DNA of 37,396 nt, taken from assembly GCA_011380095.1 (NCBI GenBank), contig DSAL01000063.1:1-37396 (forward strand), given 5' to 3'. Source of the stretch: Candidatus Altiarchaeales archaeon. Lineage in GTDB: Archaea > Altiarchaeota > Altiarchaeia > IMC4 > SCGC-AAA252-I15. The position numbers were made by a program, and so were the translations under genes. This document shows positions 9,131 through 17,587 of the stretch, one piece after another. The stretch's first letter is position 1, and the number at the start of each line of letters is the position of its first letter. The notes beneath the pieces were generated by a model. That model did no database searches. It had not been told where the DNA came from and saw only the letters and a list, made by a program, of their open reading frames with translations.

Positions 9131-10255
9131 GATAAAGTCCACCTCTTCTTTTTCAAGACCATAGTCTTCGAAGTCTTTATCAGTAATCTTCTTTTTCTCG
9201 TATAGCGTCTTGAAGAGGGGAATGTATTGTCTTGCGATAACAGTGCTTGACGCGTGAAGGAGCGGGGCGAGTTTTTCCCCAATCGACTTTTTCATGTTTT
9301 TCGCGGTTTTCGCCCGAGACATTGAAATCCATGCTGACGGAAACTTGTATTGAACGTAGTTTACTTTGTCGGGCCTTGAAAGGTTTACTCCACCTGTCAT
9401 CAGCGGGTTTGCGTATCTGAGGAAACCCCAGTACTGGCGGTTTTGTATTCTGCCAAGGAAGATGTCTGCGCGGGAGAGGTGTTCAAACGCCCGCGTCCTC
9501 GATTCTTTTGAAGAGTATAGGAGTGGCGTATTTTCCTCAATCCAGTACAAGACGTCTTTGGGCTGTTCGCCTATATTCCACGTGGATTCCACAACCTCCT
9601 TCAAGTCTCTTCCGCCGAACACCGTGCTCATGCAGGCGTAAATGTCTTTTTTCACGTCGCGGGGGTAAAGTTGTTCTAAATCCTTTTCCGTGATTTTTTT
9701 GGAGCCTGCCGATAATGCTTCAAGGTCGTGGAGTGCGGCGCGGTAGTCGCCCCCGGCATTCTTGCCGAGCTCCTTCAAAACGTCCTTTTCAGCCTCGATT
9801 CCCTCGGCGTCGCACACGGTTTTTAGAAATGCGCCAATTGACGCCGCCATCGGTTTTCTAAGCTGGAGTTCCCCGCACTTTTTTTTCAGAGTTGACAGTT
9901 TTCGCGAAGAATAGTCGCGGGTGGTCATGATGAGCGGGTTCTTGCACACGTTTATGAAGTCTGCGAGCTTTGTCGTATTCTGCTCGTCAACGTCTTCAAC
10001 TAGGAAGAGTTTCCTGCCCCCGAAAAGGCTTTTTGTGGCTGCGGAATTTTTCAGAACGTCAATGTTGTCTGAATCTACCTTGACGATATCCCATCCTTTT
10101 TCAACGGCAGTCAGCTCTGCTAGGAGTGTCTTTCCGACTCCGGTCTTCCCGTGTATTATAAGTGGACTGCCGTCCCACGCCGTCATGAATTCAACCGCCT
10201 TCGGAGTGCCGTGGAATTCACTGAGGCTTTTTGGCTTGTGTTTCACGCTCCACAT
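9122..10255 (-). CDS. rfcL: Replication factor C large subunit (short, divergent)
   Basis: MWSVKHKPKSL, Walker A GKTGVGKT, GGDYRAALHDLE, WIEEN, LSRADIFLGRIQNRQYWGFLRYA. Confidence 0.9.
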   Translation of the reverse strand: MWSVKHKPKSLSEFHGTPKAVEFMTAWDGSPLIIHGKTGVGKTLLAELTAVEKGWDIVKVDSDNIDVLKNSAATKSLFGGRKLFLVEDVDEQNTTKLADFINVCKNPLIMTTRDYSSRKLSTLKKKCGELQLRKPMAASIGAFLKTVCDAEGIEAEKDVLKELGKNAGGDYRAALHDLEALSAGSKKITEKDLEQLYPRDVKKDIYACMSTVFGGRDLKEVVESTWNIGEQPKDVLYWIEENTPLLYSSKESRTRAFEHLSRADIFLGRIQNRQYWGFLRYANPLMTGGVNLSRPDKVNYVQYKFPSAWISMSRAKTAKNMKKSIGEKLAPLLHASSTVIARQYIPLFKTLYEKKKITDKDFEDYGLEKEEVDFILS

Positions 10256-10354
10256 GACTGGTAAAGTATTCGGAGAATTTTGATATAAACAGTGCAAGAG
10301 CGGGTGAAAACTGGATTTATATGTTGTTCAAACCATTTAGAATAAGGTTGTTTT

Positions 10355-11548
10355 ATGAAACCGTATAAAGTCATAAGAGACCCAATCCACGGCAACATAG
10401 GGCTCAGCGAGCTTGAAGTCGAACTTATAGACACAAGGCAGATGCAGAGGCTTCGGAACGTGAAGCAGAACGGCCTTTGCTACCTTGTTTATCCGGCGAT
10501 GAACTCCACCAGGTTTGAGCACAGCCTCGGGGTAATGCATCTTGGAGGCGTTTTGGCGGAAAATCTCGAGCTCGGTGAAGAAGACGCAAAAACCGTGCGG
10601 TGCGCGGGCCTCCTGCACGACATAGGGCACGGCCCGTTCTCGCACACCACCGAATTCGCTTGGAAGAAGACTGGGGCGGACCACGAATATTATTCTGAAA
10701 AAATCGTCCGCTCAGACGAGATATCAAAAATACTCAGAGAACATGGCGTAAAGCCAAAGAGGGTTTGCCAGCTCATAAAGGGTGTTGGAGCGCTTGGAGG
10801 GGTAATATCATCTCCAATAGACGTGGACAAGATGGATTATCTAATCCGCGACGCGTATTACGCTGGCGTAGCCTACGGAATCACAGACGTTGAGCGGGTG
10901 CTTCAAAGCATCAGGATTTTCGGCGACGAGATTTCGGTCGACGAGGACGGCCTTGAAGCGGTTGAAAGCCTGCTTGTCAACCGGAACCTGATGTATCAGA
11001 CAGTATACCGGCATCACGCGAAAAGAATCGCGGAAGCCATGTTTAGGAAAGCCCTCCAGAAGATGGTTGAGGAAGGCTTTAACCCCGAAAGCCTTGTTGA
11101 ATTCGACGATGTTGAAATGCTTTCGATAATGAGGGGGCATGGAGGCTTCGTCTCAGACATGATAAGACGCCTTGAAGCGAGGCGCCTGTACAAGAACGTT
11201 TTCAGGGAAAATCTGGTTGGCCTTGACAAAGACTTCAAAAAAGAGGTTTCAAGAAATCCGGACGAACTTGAAGAGCGGATAGAGGTGGAGCTTGGCCTGG
11301 ACGAAGGCTCTGTCATCGTCGACTATCCTGAAGTGCAGATGAGCGAGTTCAAGGTTAAGATACTGTCAAACGGAAAACTAAAGCCGATAGACGACATGTC
11401 GACTATCGCTAAAAACCTCGAACAGTCCGACATGGAAAAACTATGCCTAAACATTTACTGCGAGACCGGCATGCTTGAAAAAACAGGTGGATTCAACCCG
11501 AAAAGGTATGTCAAATACTCGCAGACTCATATCGACACTTTTATATAA
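10355..11548 (+). CDS. HD-domain phosphohydrolase, dNTP triphosphohydrolase (SAMHD1/YdhJ-like)
   Basis: IRDPIHG, QRLRNVKQNG, TRFEHSLG, LLHDIGHGPFSH, DVDKMDYLIRD, VYRHH. Confidence 0.92.
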   Translation: MKPYKVIRDPIHGNIGLSELEVELIDTRQMQRLRNVKQNGLCYLVYPAMNSTRFEHSLGVMHLGGVLAENLELGEEDAKTVRCAGLLHDIGHGPFSHTTEFAWKKTGADHEYYSEKIVRSDEISKILREHGVKPKRVCQLIKGVGALGGVISSPIDVDKMDYLIRDAYYAGVAYGITDVERVLQSIRIFGDEISVDEDGLEAVESLLVNRNLMYQTVYRHHAKRIAEAMFRKALQKMVEEGFNPESLVEFDDVEMLSIMRGHGGFVSDMIRRLEARRLYKNVFRENLVGLDKDFKKEVSRNPDELEERIEVELGLDEGSVIVDYPEVQMSEFKVKILSNGKLKPIDDMSTIAKNLEQSDMEKLCLNIYCETGMLEKTGGFNPKRYVKYSQTHIDTFI

Positions 11549-11585
11549 GGGTTTTCAATAATTTCCTTGAGGTGTTATTTTAACA

Positions 11586-11702
11586 ATGGGCGAGAAAGAA
11601 TCTGCCAGCATGGATGCAGAGCAAAAAAAGAAGGACAATATGATGATGATTGGAATGGCCATCGCAATGGCCCTGATAATCTACTTCCTCTGGTTCAGGT
11701 AG
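11586..11702 (+). CDS. Putative 38-aa tail-anchored membrane microprotein
   Basis: MGEKESASMDAEQKKKDNMMMIGMAIAMALIIYFLWFR*; GAGGTG at 11569-11574; TTTTATATAA at 11539-11548. Confidence 0.6.
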   Translation: MGEKESASMDAEQKKKDNMMMIGMAIAMALIIYFLWFR

Positions 11703-11710
11703 AAAAAAAC

Positions 11711-12274
11711 CTATTTTATTTTTTCCCAAACTATTTCTCTTATTTTTTCCCTTGTTTCCCCGAAACTCCTGCCGGAGTCCACTGAAACCATGTCGCCGAA
11801 TTTATAATAGTTTTCCCGTACTTTCGCGAGAAACTCCCTCTTCTCGAAAATCTCGTCTCCCGAATAGCGTGAAACCGCCGCATCAAGGGGGATGTCCAAA
11901 AGGATTGTCAAATCCGGCTTTGGCGCGAACTCGTTTATTTTCACAAGCCAACTCCAAGAGACGCCCTGCGCCGCCTGATAGGCGATTGTACTATAGTAGT
12001 ATCTTTCGCAAACCACAATCTTTTCGGAGTCGAGCGCCGGGAGTATAAGGCTTTTGACGTGCTGGCTTCGGTCTGCCGTGAAAAGAAGCGCGAGCGTTTC
12101 GGGGTCTGCGGTTGCTTTCCCTCCGAGAACCTCACGAATCCACATTCCGGTTTTGGAGTTGGTGGGCTCCGCGGTCAAGACAACGTCAAAGCCTTTTTCC
12201 CCAAGCCACTTTCCCAAATCTTTCGCGTGAGTCGACTTCCCGCAACCGTCAATCCCTTCCAAAACGATAAACAT
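11711..12274 (-). CDS. tmk: Thymidylate kinase
   Basis: FIVLEGIDGCGKST, EPT, LLFTADR, CERYYYSTIAYQ, PDL. Confidence 0.95.
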   Translation of the reverse strand: MFIVLEGIDGCGKSTHAKDLGKWLGEKGFDVVLTAEPTNSKTGMWIREVLGGKATADPETLALLFTADRSQHVKSLILPALDSEKIVVCERYYYSTIAYQAAQGVSWSWLVKINEFAPKPDLTILLDIPLDAAVSRYSGDEIFEKREFLAKVRENYYKFGDMVSVDSGRSFGETREKIREIVWEKIK

Positions 12275-12353
12275 TTTCTTGCCTTAAGAGATTAGGCTGG
12301 AGGCTAAATAATCGGAAGGATTTAAGTAGGTACTTCCTTTAGAAACTGCAGTA

Positions 12354-13244
12354 ATGGAAGCTGAAGAAGAGAAAAAGATTTTGAAGGCCGGCGAGATTTC
12401 CGGAAAAGTCCGGGAGTGGAGCAGGAAGCTCGTGAAGCCCGGCGCAAAAATAGTCGAAATCGCCGACGCAATCGAGGCCGAGATAAATAAGGAGGGGGGG
12501 AGACTCGCATTCCCCGTCAACGTCTGCATAAATGACGTGACCGCCCACTACGCACCTAAATTCAACGACGAAACAGTTCTTGGGGAAGCCGACGTCGTCT
12601 CAATTGATTTGGGGGCGCACGTCGACGGGTATATCGGCGACACCGCATACACCATAGACTTGGGCGGGGAATACGGCGATTTGCTTGAGGCTAACGAGAG
12701 GGCTCTTGAAGAGTCGCTTAAACTCGTGGCTCCCGGCGTCTCTGTTTCCGAAATCGGCAAGACAGTCCAGGAGATACTGGAGGACGCGGGATTCAAGCCT
12801 ATTGAAAACCTTTCGGGACACGAGATAGGGCAATACAATCTTCACGCGGGCCTTAGCATTCCAAACATCAAGGTTCCATACGACTGGAGGGTTGAGGAGG
12901 GCATGGTGTTGGCTTTCGAACCGTTCGCGACAAACGGTTATGGCAGGGTTATCGAGAGCGCGCAGGCCGAAATATACGGCATGGACGAGGGCGTGAAAGT
13001 CCGCGACCGAGAGGCCAGGAAGATTCTGCGGGAGATGGAAGAGCGTAAAGGACTGCCTTTCGCAGTGCGCTGGTACGCGGAAAAGATGAGTCCAGTCCGT
13101 CTTGGAATGGTCTTGAACCAGCTCTCGCAGCAGGAAATAATAAAGAGATACCCGCCGCTCCACGAGAAGGAGAAGGGCATTGTCTCGCAGTTCGAGCACA
13201 CAGTTATTGTTACGGAAGACGGGTGCAAGATAACGACGAAATAA
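12354..13244 (+). CDS. map: Methionine aminopeptidase type II
   Basis: AFPVN..N..AHY, IDLGAHVDGYIGDTA, NLSGH, EPFAT, SQFEHT. Confidence 0.96.
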   Translation: MEAEEEKKILKAGEISGKVREWSRKLVKPGAKIVEIADAIEAEINKEGGRLAFPVNVCINDVTAHYAPKFNDETVLGEADVVSIDLGAHVDGYIGDTAYTIDLGGEYGDLLEANERALEESLKLVAPGVSVSEIGKTVQEILEDAGFKPIENLSGHEIGQYNLHAGLSIPNIKVPYDWRVEEGMVLAFEPFATNGYGRVIESAQAEIYGMDEGVKVRDREARKILREMEERKGLPFAVRWYAEKMSPVRLGMVLNQLSQQEIIKRYPPLHEKEKGIVSQFEHTVIVTEDGCKITTK

Positions 13245-13281
13245 TTTTGTCCAGATGATTTTTCTTGCGCAAACTATTTTT

Positions 13282-14529
13282 TTATTTTTTCGAAAGAATT
13301 TCCTTCGCCCTGTCGACTCGAACGTCTTTTTCCAAAACCATTTGTCTGACAACGTCCTCGATTTCCCCGGGTTTTGCGCCCGCCTGGATTGCGATGTTTT
13401 TCGCGTGAAGCCTCATGTGGCCCCGCTGTATCCCCTCAGTCGCCAGCGCCTTCAATGCCGCAAGATTTTGGGCTAAACCCACGGACGCTGTCACCTGGGC
13501 GAGCTCTTGCGCGGTCTTGACTCCAAGTATTTTAACGCACGTTTTTGCGACGGGGTGTGTTTTCGTGGCGCCTCCAACCAGACCTACCGCCAAGGGCATT
13601 TCGATTTCGCCGACCAGGTCGCCGGCACTGTTTTTAGAGTATTTCGTCAAAGGCTTGTATGAGCCGGACATTGAAGCGTATGCGTGGGCTCCAGCCTCGA
13701 CCGCGCGCGTGTCGTTGCCGGTTGCGGCGACAACCGCCGTGATGCCGTTCATAACGCCCTTGTTGTGCGTCACAGCGCGATACACGTCGGCGTCCGCAAA
13801 CGCGTATGCCGAGATGATTGCGTCCACAACTTCGGCGCCACCCAACTCTTCTTTCGGGAAAACGGCTTTCGCGGTGACGATGCGCTTTACCGCGTAGTTT
13901 GAGAGTATGCGCAAAAGCACTTTCCCGCCCGTCATCTCCTCTATCAATGGAGCGCAGGCTTCAGCCATTGTGTTGACCGCGTTCGCGCCCATGGCGTCAC
14001 GCACGTCGACTTCAAGATGCACTATGAGCATTTCGCCTGCGGACGTCTTGATTATCCCTGACTCTATGTTGCGGCATCCCCCCCCGAACTTGACGAGTGT
14101 CGGGTCACGGCTGTTGGCAAGTTCTATGATTTTCTCTTTAGCAGAATCCACTGCTTTTTTGCCGGCTTTTGCATCGCAGTCTGTCACCTGTATTTGGGAT
14201 ATCATGACCGGTTCTGTGGAGGTTGTCTTGAATCCGCCGCCCGCTCTTGCAATCTTTGCGGCGTTGCTTGCTGCGGCGACGACCGACGGCTCTTCCGTCG
14301 CCATTGGAATCAGGTAGTCTTTGCCATTTATCAGGAAGTTTACGGCTACTCCGATAGGGTATTGCGTCATTCCTATGACGTTTTCTATCATGCCGTCCGC
14401 CTGCCGTATTGAAAGGCCTTCGTTCAGTATCGTGACCTCCGAATCGGAGAGGCCTGCCTCTTTCGCAACGACTTCAAGCCTTTTTTTCACGTCAAGCCTG
14501 TAAAATCCGGAGATTTTAGAGTTTACCAT
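13282..14529 (-). CDS. mvaA: HMG-CoA reductase, class II
   Basis: MIENVIG, PMATEEPSVVAAAS, DAMGANAVNT, THNKGVMNG, GNDTRAVEAGAH, EGIQRGHMRLH. Confidence 0.93.
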   Translation of the reverse strand: MVNSKISGFYRLDVKKRLEVVAKEAGLSDSEVTILNEGLSIRQADGMIENVIGMTQYPIGVAVNFLINGKDYLIPMATEEPSVVAAASNAAKIARAGGGFKTTSTEPVMISQIQVTDCDAKAGKKAVDSAKEKIIELANSRDPTLVKFGGGCRNIESGIIKTSAGEMLIVHLEVDVRDAMGANAVNTMAEACAPLIEEMTGGKVLLRILSNYAVKRIVTAKAVFPKEELGGAEVVDAIISAYAFADADVYRAVTHNKGVMNGITAVVAATGNDTRAVEAGAHAYASMSGSYKPLTKYSKNSAGDLVGEIEMPLAVGLVGGATKTHPVAKTCVKILGVKTAQELAQVTASVGLAQNLAALKALATEGIQRGHMRLHAKNIAIQAGAKPGEIEDVVRQMVLEKDVRVDRAKEILSKK

Positions 14530-14607
14530 CTTCAAAGCATACTAGGAGTTGTGCGATAAAAAAGACCGTGGAATGTTTTTCGTCGAGCGTCGAATATGCC
14601 GGCTGTT

Positions 14608-14997
14608 TTAGTTGCTTTCGTACTCGCTCTCGTACTGTTCGTAGTCGTCTATCCCGTAGTCGTCGCCGCGGTAGTCTGTAAGCTCTATCGTGGATTTCGC
14701 AAGGTCTTTGGCGAACTCGTAGGTGCATGAGCCGCCCCAATAGTAGTCGCAAAACTCGCAGCATTTCCCCTTATCCGTACATATCTTGTAGTCCTGACAG
14801 TGCTTGCAGCATTTTACAGCTTTGGGGAACTTGCTTTTTTCGGAAGGTGATTTGGATGTTTTTTCTGCTTTCGCGGCCTTCTTTTTCACAGGCTTCTTCT
14901 TGGCAGCCTTCGTTTTAACGGTTTTTTTCACGGCCTTTTTAGTAATGGTTTTTTTCGCCGCCTTCTTCTTGACAGGTTTTTTCTTGCTTTCAGCCAT
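14608..14997 (-). CDS. Hypothetical tripartite protein: Lys/Ala-rich N-terminus, 8-Cys domain, acidic Tyr-rich tail
   Basis: KKKPVKKKAAK twice; CCKHC-x5-C and CCEFC-x7-C; DYRGDDYGIDDYEQYESEYESN. Confidence 0.7.
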   Translation of the reverse strand: MAESKKKPVKKKAAKKTITKKAVKKTVKTKAAKKKPVKKKAAKAEKTSKSPSEKSKFPKAVKCCKHCQDYKICTDKGKCCEFCDYYWGGSCTYEFAKDLAKSTIELTDYRGDDYGIDDYEQYESEYESN

Positions 14998-15058
14998 TCA
15001 ACCACTCTCGGAGTGAGGAAAATGTTTTAATTTAACTACAGTATCCTATAAAAATGAG

Positions 15059-15475
15059 ATGGACGGTTTGGCGGGATACTTTGACATGCTCTACAAGTTA
15101 AGTGTGATGTTGGGATTCACGATTTTTTTGATTAAGCTTCCCGCCTGGATAACCTGCTTCAGGCTTGGAGCCAAAAAGGACTTGTTTGAATGCCGGATGT
15201 GCGGGAACTGCTGCCGATTCAATATAATAGATGTGAACAAGAAGGATGTTGAAAGGTTTCGGGCTGACGGATACTCCGAGTTCACCGATGAAAATGAGAA
15301 GATGATGAAGCGGGTGAACGGCAGATGCATTTTTCTTGAAGACGACAAGTGCAGCGCCCACAAGTCGAGGGGGAAGGTTTGCAGGGAGTTTCCCTTCCAG
15401 CGGATTTACGGGAGATGGTTCTGCCAGGAAGTGCAGTTCTGTCCCGGCGTTGATGATTTGAAGAAGAAGCTATGA
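15059..15475 (+). CDS. YkgJ-family CxxCxxCC cysteine-cluster protein
   Basis: FECRMCGNCC, RCIFL...KC, CREFPF, CPG; hydrophobic N-terminus. Confidence 0.85.
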   Translation: MDGLAGYFDMLYKLSVMLGFTIFLIKLPAWITCFRLGAKKDLFECRMCGNCCRFNIIDVNKKDVERFRADGYSEFTDENEKMMKRVNGRCIFLEDDKCSAHKSRGKVCREFPFQRIYGRWFCQEVQFCPGVDDLKKKL

Positions 15476-16251
15476 ACGGCGGGGATTTGACTGAACGGTT
15501 TGTGGAGTCCATAAAATGGATTCGCGAAATTTTTCTGCCCATGGACGATATCGCAAATCCCGTCATGGGCATAAGGGAATGGGATGATTCCGTCTGCATC
15601 GAATTTTGCGGAAGGCTTTTAGCCTCCTGCGACGGACCCTACACTAAACGGTTGGTGATGAAGAGCGCGCTCGTACACGCCGCAACAGACGTTGTCGTCA
15701 AGGGCGGAAAGCCCTTGTTCGCCCTTGACTGCGTGATAGGGGGGCGGCCTGATGTGGAGGAGATGATTGATTCGCTTAATATTCAGGCCCTGTCCTTGGA
15801 TATTCCGATTCTTGGCGGAAACACTCTTTTTGAAGATGTTGAGCCAAGAGCCAGCCTGACTGTTGTCGGAGAGCTTTTGCTGGATGCTCCGATACGCGAT
15901 TCCACCGCGGTTTCAGGCGACTTGATAGCGCTTTTGGGCGAACCGGTCTGGGGGGAGCGTGTGGAGCGGCTTGAGATTGCGAAGCGGATGTTTGAAGCCT
16001 GGTTCAAGATTATTGAAGAAGTGGAAATCAATTCCTCAAAAGACGTCACGAAAGGCGGTCTTTCATCATGCATCGCAGAGATGGAGGAGAAGTCCGGCAA
16101 GAAATTCAAGTTGATTGGTAATATCCCGTATCCTTTGGGCCGGAACCTCGACAACTTTTTGGTGACGCTTTCAGAAAAAGAGTTTGAGAAGTTGAAGGAA
16201 GTCTGCGGGGAAAACAAGTGCCGGCTGGAAAAAATCGGTTTTGTGGAATAA
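15472..16251 (+). CDS. AIR-synthase-related (PurM/ThiL/SelD/HypE fold) protein
   Basis: WDDS, TDVVVKGGKP, PILGGNT, KDVTKGGL; ATGA overlap with YkgJ. Confidence 0.8.
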   Translation: MNGGDLTERFVESIKWIREIFLPMDDIANPVMGIREWDDSVCIEFCGRLLASCDGPYTKRLVMKSALVHAATDVVVKGGKPLFALDCVIGGRPDVEEMIDSLNIQALSLDIPILGGNTLFEDVEPRASLTVVGELLLDAPIRDSTAVSGDLIALLGEPVWGERVERLEIAKRMFEAWFKIIEEVEINSSKDVTKGGLSSCIAEMEEKSGKKFKLIGNIPYPLGRNLDNFLVTLSEKEFEKLKEVCGENKCRLEKIGFVE

Positions 16252-16252
16252 C

Positions 16253-17455
16253 CTATCTTAATCCGAGGAAGAAGAGTATTGTTGGAATTATCAGCACCCC
16301 CATGAGATGAGTTCTGGATACTCCCGCATTCGGGGGCATGAACCCCATGACGGTTGCTAGCGCGAGTATGAAAAGACCGGCAAAACCAGTCAGAAGGAAT
16401 ACGAGAAGCGTCATGAAGACGACGACCAAAAGCGACACCCTGACGTAGTCTATTTTAGAAAACAACTGCATTGCGCGCCGTCCAAGCCAAAGATGAAGTG
16501 TTGTGGCGAAAAACGCGGTCGACGCCATGACGCCTACAAAAAGCATGAGGGTCGGCCAGTCCAATTCAAGTATTTTCGAAAGCATTACAGCCACCCCGCT
16601 TCTCGGGTTTCCGATGGCGTAAAGTGATATTAGGCTGTAGATTGCGTCAGACGTGTTGATTGCGGAAACGGAGACGAGGAAACGCTGGACGCTTCCGCCG
16701 TATAGATGGCTCATCAAAACCCCCACCTGGCTTGGAGAAAGCGAGGGCAGCACTCCGACCGTGATTCCGCCGAACGAGCCGGCAAGGCCTGATGTGAAAA
16801 GCCCCCGGTCGTATTCCAACACCGCATATTCTTTTTGCGGGATGTTTTTGGGTTTTGAATTGATGGATAAAAGTATGGTGCTCAATCCGAAAAGCCCGGT
16901 GAAGGCCGGAAACAAGACTTGTGTAGACGAGAGTATGTTTAAGTGGAGTATCTCGTATCCGAACCATCCGGCGCAGGCGAATATGAAGGCGGCCTTTATG
17001 AAGCCGGATTTGCCTTCTCGAAGTATCAGGATGATTGATACTGCGGCGATTACGTAGACTACGACCTCCCGGATTGAGGTGTAGAGAACTGGGAGGATGT
17101 ATAGCGCTGGCAGGAGGAACAATAGCGCGCTAGTCAACCCAATCAGGCTTCCGAACGCCGTTAGCTTGACCGCCTCATACGATTTCCCGTCCATCAGAAG
17201 ACGGTGCAGTGGCAGGACCGTCAGCGCGGTCTCCTCTTCCGGAACACCCAAAAAGATTGCGGGAATGAAGTCGAGGAAAGTGTGTGTGACGCTCATCGCC
17301 ACCATCACAACACCGAATTCCGTGGCGGCAATCCCAAGGCGCGGGTAGACTGTCAAGCCCAGTATGCAGACGGTGTTCACGTGCAGTCCCGGAGTCAATC
17401 CAGTTAAAACGCCGAGCAGGCAGCCCAAAAGCGTGTATGCCAGATAGCTTATCAT
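16253..17455 (-). CDS. TctA-like (DUF112) membrane protein, archaeal type
   Basis: GVLTGLTPGLHVN, HTFLDFIPAIFLGVP, VLPLHRLL, GNPRSG, RTHLMGVLI. Confidence 0.85.
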   Translation of the reverse strand: MISYLAYTLLGCLLGVLTGLTPGLHVNTVCILGLTVYPRLGIAATEFGVVMVAMSVTHTFLDFIPAIFLGVPEEETALTVLPLHRLLMDGKSYEAVKLTAFGSLIGLTSALLFLLPALYILPVLYTSIREVVVYVIAAVSIILILREGKSGFIKAAFIFACAGWFGYEILHLNILSSTQVLFPAFTGLFGLSTILLSINSKPKNIPQKEYAVLEYDRGLFTSGLAGSFGGITVGVLPSLSPSQVGVLMSHLYGGSVQRFLVSVSAINTSDAIYSLISLYAIGNPRSGVAVMLSKILELDWPTLMLFVGVMASTAFFATTLHLWLGRRAMQLFSKIDYVRVSLLVVVFMTLLVFLLTGFAGLFILALATVMGFMPPNAGVSRTHLMGVLIIPTILFFLGLR

Positions 17456-17587
17456 TTCATGATGAGCCGCCCGTGAATGTTAAAGGTATTGACGGTATTT
17501 ATTTTCCACCGGATTCGGTGTTAAGGCTTTTAGCCTAGTAAACGTAATTTTCTATCCGGCCGGAAGTTGTTGTTTTGGTTGGGGAGC

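Noticed and set aside
12600..13352. Long antisense ORFs (250 aa here; also 19739-20440, 17843-18385, 30574-31134, 36383-36973)
   Set aside because: They lie opposite well-conserved genes and show no motifs; expected codon-bias shadows
14860..14990. Repetitive DNA
   Set aside because: Explained by Lys/Ala-rich coding; not a CRISPR array or independent tandem repeat
17456..17566. ATGATGA and small hairpins in the TctA/NrdD intergenic region as a C/D sRNA or riboswitch
   Set aside because: No correctly spaced CTGA boxes and no convincing aptamer consensus
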